Shown one piece after another: positions 54,840 to 55,554 of a DNA stretch of 55,554 nucleotides. The translations under genes were made by a program, and so were the position numbers. The stretch's first letter is position 1; the number at the start of each line of letters is the position of its first letter. This DNA comes from a virus (lineage: Duplodnaviria > Caudoviricetes), in the IMG/VR virus record IMGVR_UViG_3300033148_006010, positions 1 through 55,554 of that record, one strand, 5' to 3'. Under the pieces are notes generated by a model. That model was not told the DNA's origin and did not search any database. It saw only the letters and a list, made by a program, of their open reading frames with translations.

Positions 54840-55006
54840 TAGTAACAGGTATATATATAAAAGGCAATAGAGAAATGATTGTGGCTTATAATATTTTAAA
54901 AAAGGGAAATAAGTTTATTCCTGTATCTGGTACATATTATAGAAAATATAATATTAACGATATAGAATATAATAAATTATTAGGAAGGAGTAAAAAATGT
55001 ATATAA
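54836..55006 (+). CDS. Small hypothetical protein (56 aa, not in ORF track)
   Basis: ATGA overlap with the previous gene. Confidence 0.5.
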   Translation: MIVTGIYIKGNREMIVAYNILKKGNKFIPVSGTYYRKYNINDIEYNKLLGRSKKCI

Positions 55007-55155
55007 GACAATGTTGTCATTGTAAGAAATATTTAGGAATTAAAGCTATATGGAGTTGTAGAAGTTTTAAGGCATTTTTGAAAGGATTGTTTATTATGCA
55101 GGGGATAATTCACGGTTATTGTCGTTTTTGCGAACGGAATGTGTTTGTAAGGTAG
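54997..55155 (+). CDS. Small zinc-finger protein (52 aa, not in ORF track)
   Basis: AAGGAG RBS; CCHC...HGYCRFC. Confidence 0.6.
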   Translation: MYIRQCCHCKKYLGIKAIWSCRSFKAFLKGLFIMQGIIHGYCRFCERNVFVR

Positions 55156-55238
55156 TAAACTATTAAAAAATAAAAATACCCATTTTAAATCGCAAATATA
55201 TGCAAAAAATAAATTAATATATTAGAAAGGAGATAAAA

Positions 55239-55358
55239 ATGACTATATTGCAGATAAATCAAGTAAGGGCAGAATTGGCAGATAAGTTAGAAAATTATGA
55301 AATTACAGAGGATGAATACTGGTTTGAAATAGAAGAAATGATAAGAAATTTAGAATAA
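55239..55358 (+). CDS. Small acidic protein (39 aa, not in ORF track)
   Basis: AAAGGAG RBS, ATG 55239. Confidence 0.55.
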   Translation: MTILQINQVRAELADKLENYEITEDEYWFEIEEMIRNLE

Positions 55359-55451
55359 TTTTTATAAAGGAGAAATGATATGGATTAGATGAAAGATATA
55401 TTTTCAGAACACGAAAAACAAATAGGGAATACAAACTCATAGGAGGAAACG

Positions 55452-55554
55452 ATGAAAATAAATACAATCAGACACGGAGACTTACTACTACAAAGAATAG
55501 ACAAGCTACCAGAAGGACTTAAAGAAGCAAACACAAAAGTTATTATGACAGGGA
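55452..55554 (+). CDS. Partial hypothetical phage protein (RHGD motif), cut by window end
   Basis: AGGAGG RBS; MKINTIRHGDLLLQRIDKLPEG..., no stop before the end. Confidence 0.75.
   Translation, partial: MKINTIRHGDLLLQRIDKLPEGLKEANTKVIMTG

Larger units (their letters stand above)
1..55554 (+). mobile_element. Tailed dsDNA bacteriophage (siphovirus morphotype), large genome fragment
   Basis: Co-oriented terminase, portal, head, head-tail, tail tube, frameshifted chaperone, tape measure and lysis genes in canonical order; no tail sheath gene; no host housekeeping genes. Confidence 0.97.

Noticed and set aside
55452-55554. Window as a closed circular genome
   Set aside because: No terminal overlap with position 1 is visible and the last ORF does not continue convincingly into the first bases, so some sequence is probably missing; absence of integrase or repressor is therefore not conclusive

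Overview
The whole window is a large, probably near-complete piece of an AT-rich tailed dsDNA phage genome of the siphovirus type, with essentially every real gene on the + strand. Gene order: small early genes (1-4400 and 54430-55554); replication/recombination (SSB-like, ERCC4 nuclease, primase-helicase followed by an iteron-rich ori candidate, SNF2-type helicase, DNA methyltransferase, HAD phosphatase, dATP/dGTP diphosphohydrolase-like, PD-(D/E)XK nuclease, RecT-like); putative late regulators; packaging (TerS candidate, a Pal/OmpA lipoprotein, TerL with an HNH intein); PBSX/skin-like head genes; a non-contractile tail with a -1 frameshifted chaperone; lysis (holin-like, amidase, u-spanin-like); and an 11.5 kb accessory operon with its own sigma70 promoter. 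The lipoproteins point to a diderm host. No integrase, repressor, tRNA or CRISPR array was recognised. The most unusual features are: (1) a soluble glycan-building system of 9 glycosyltransferase genes plus LicD, two radical SAM enzymes and a decayed HEPD-like reductase, including a GT9-GT2 fusion placed directly behind the major capsid gene that carries a copy of the N-terminal domain of the next head gene, suggesting virion glycosylation; (2) two fibre-plus-partner cassettes in which both proteins have Sec signal peptides; (3) a prohead protease apparently split over two genes 2 kb apart; (4) a structured early leader RNA resembling P4 CI / P1 C4 antisense switches. All family calls come from motif recognition by eye, not from database searches.
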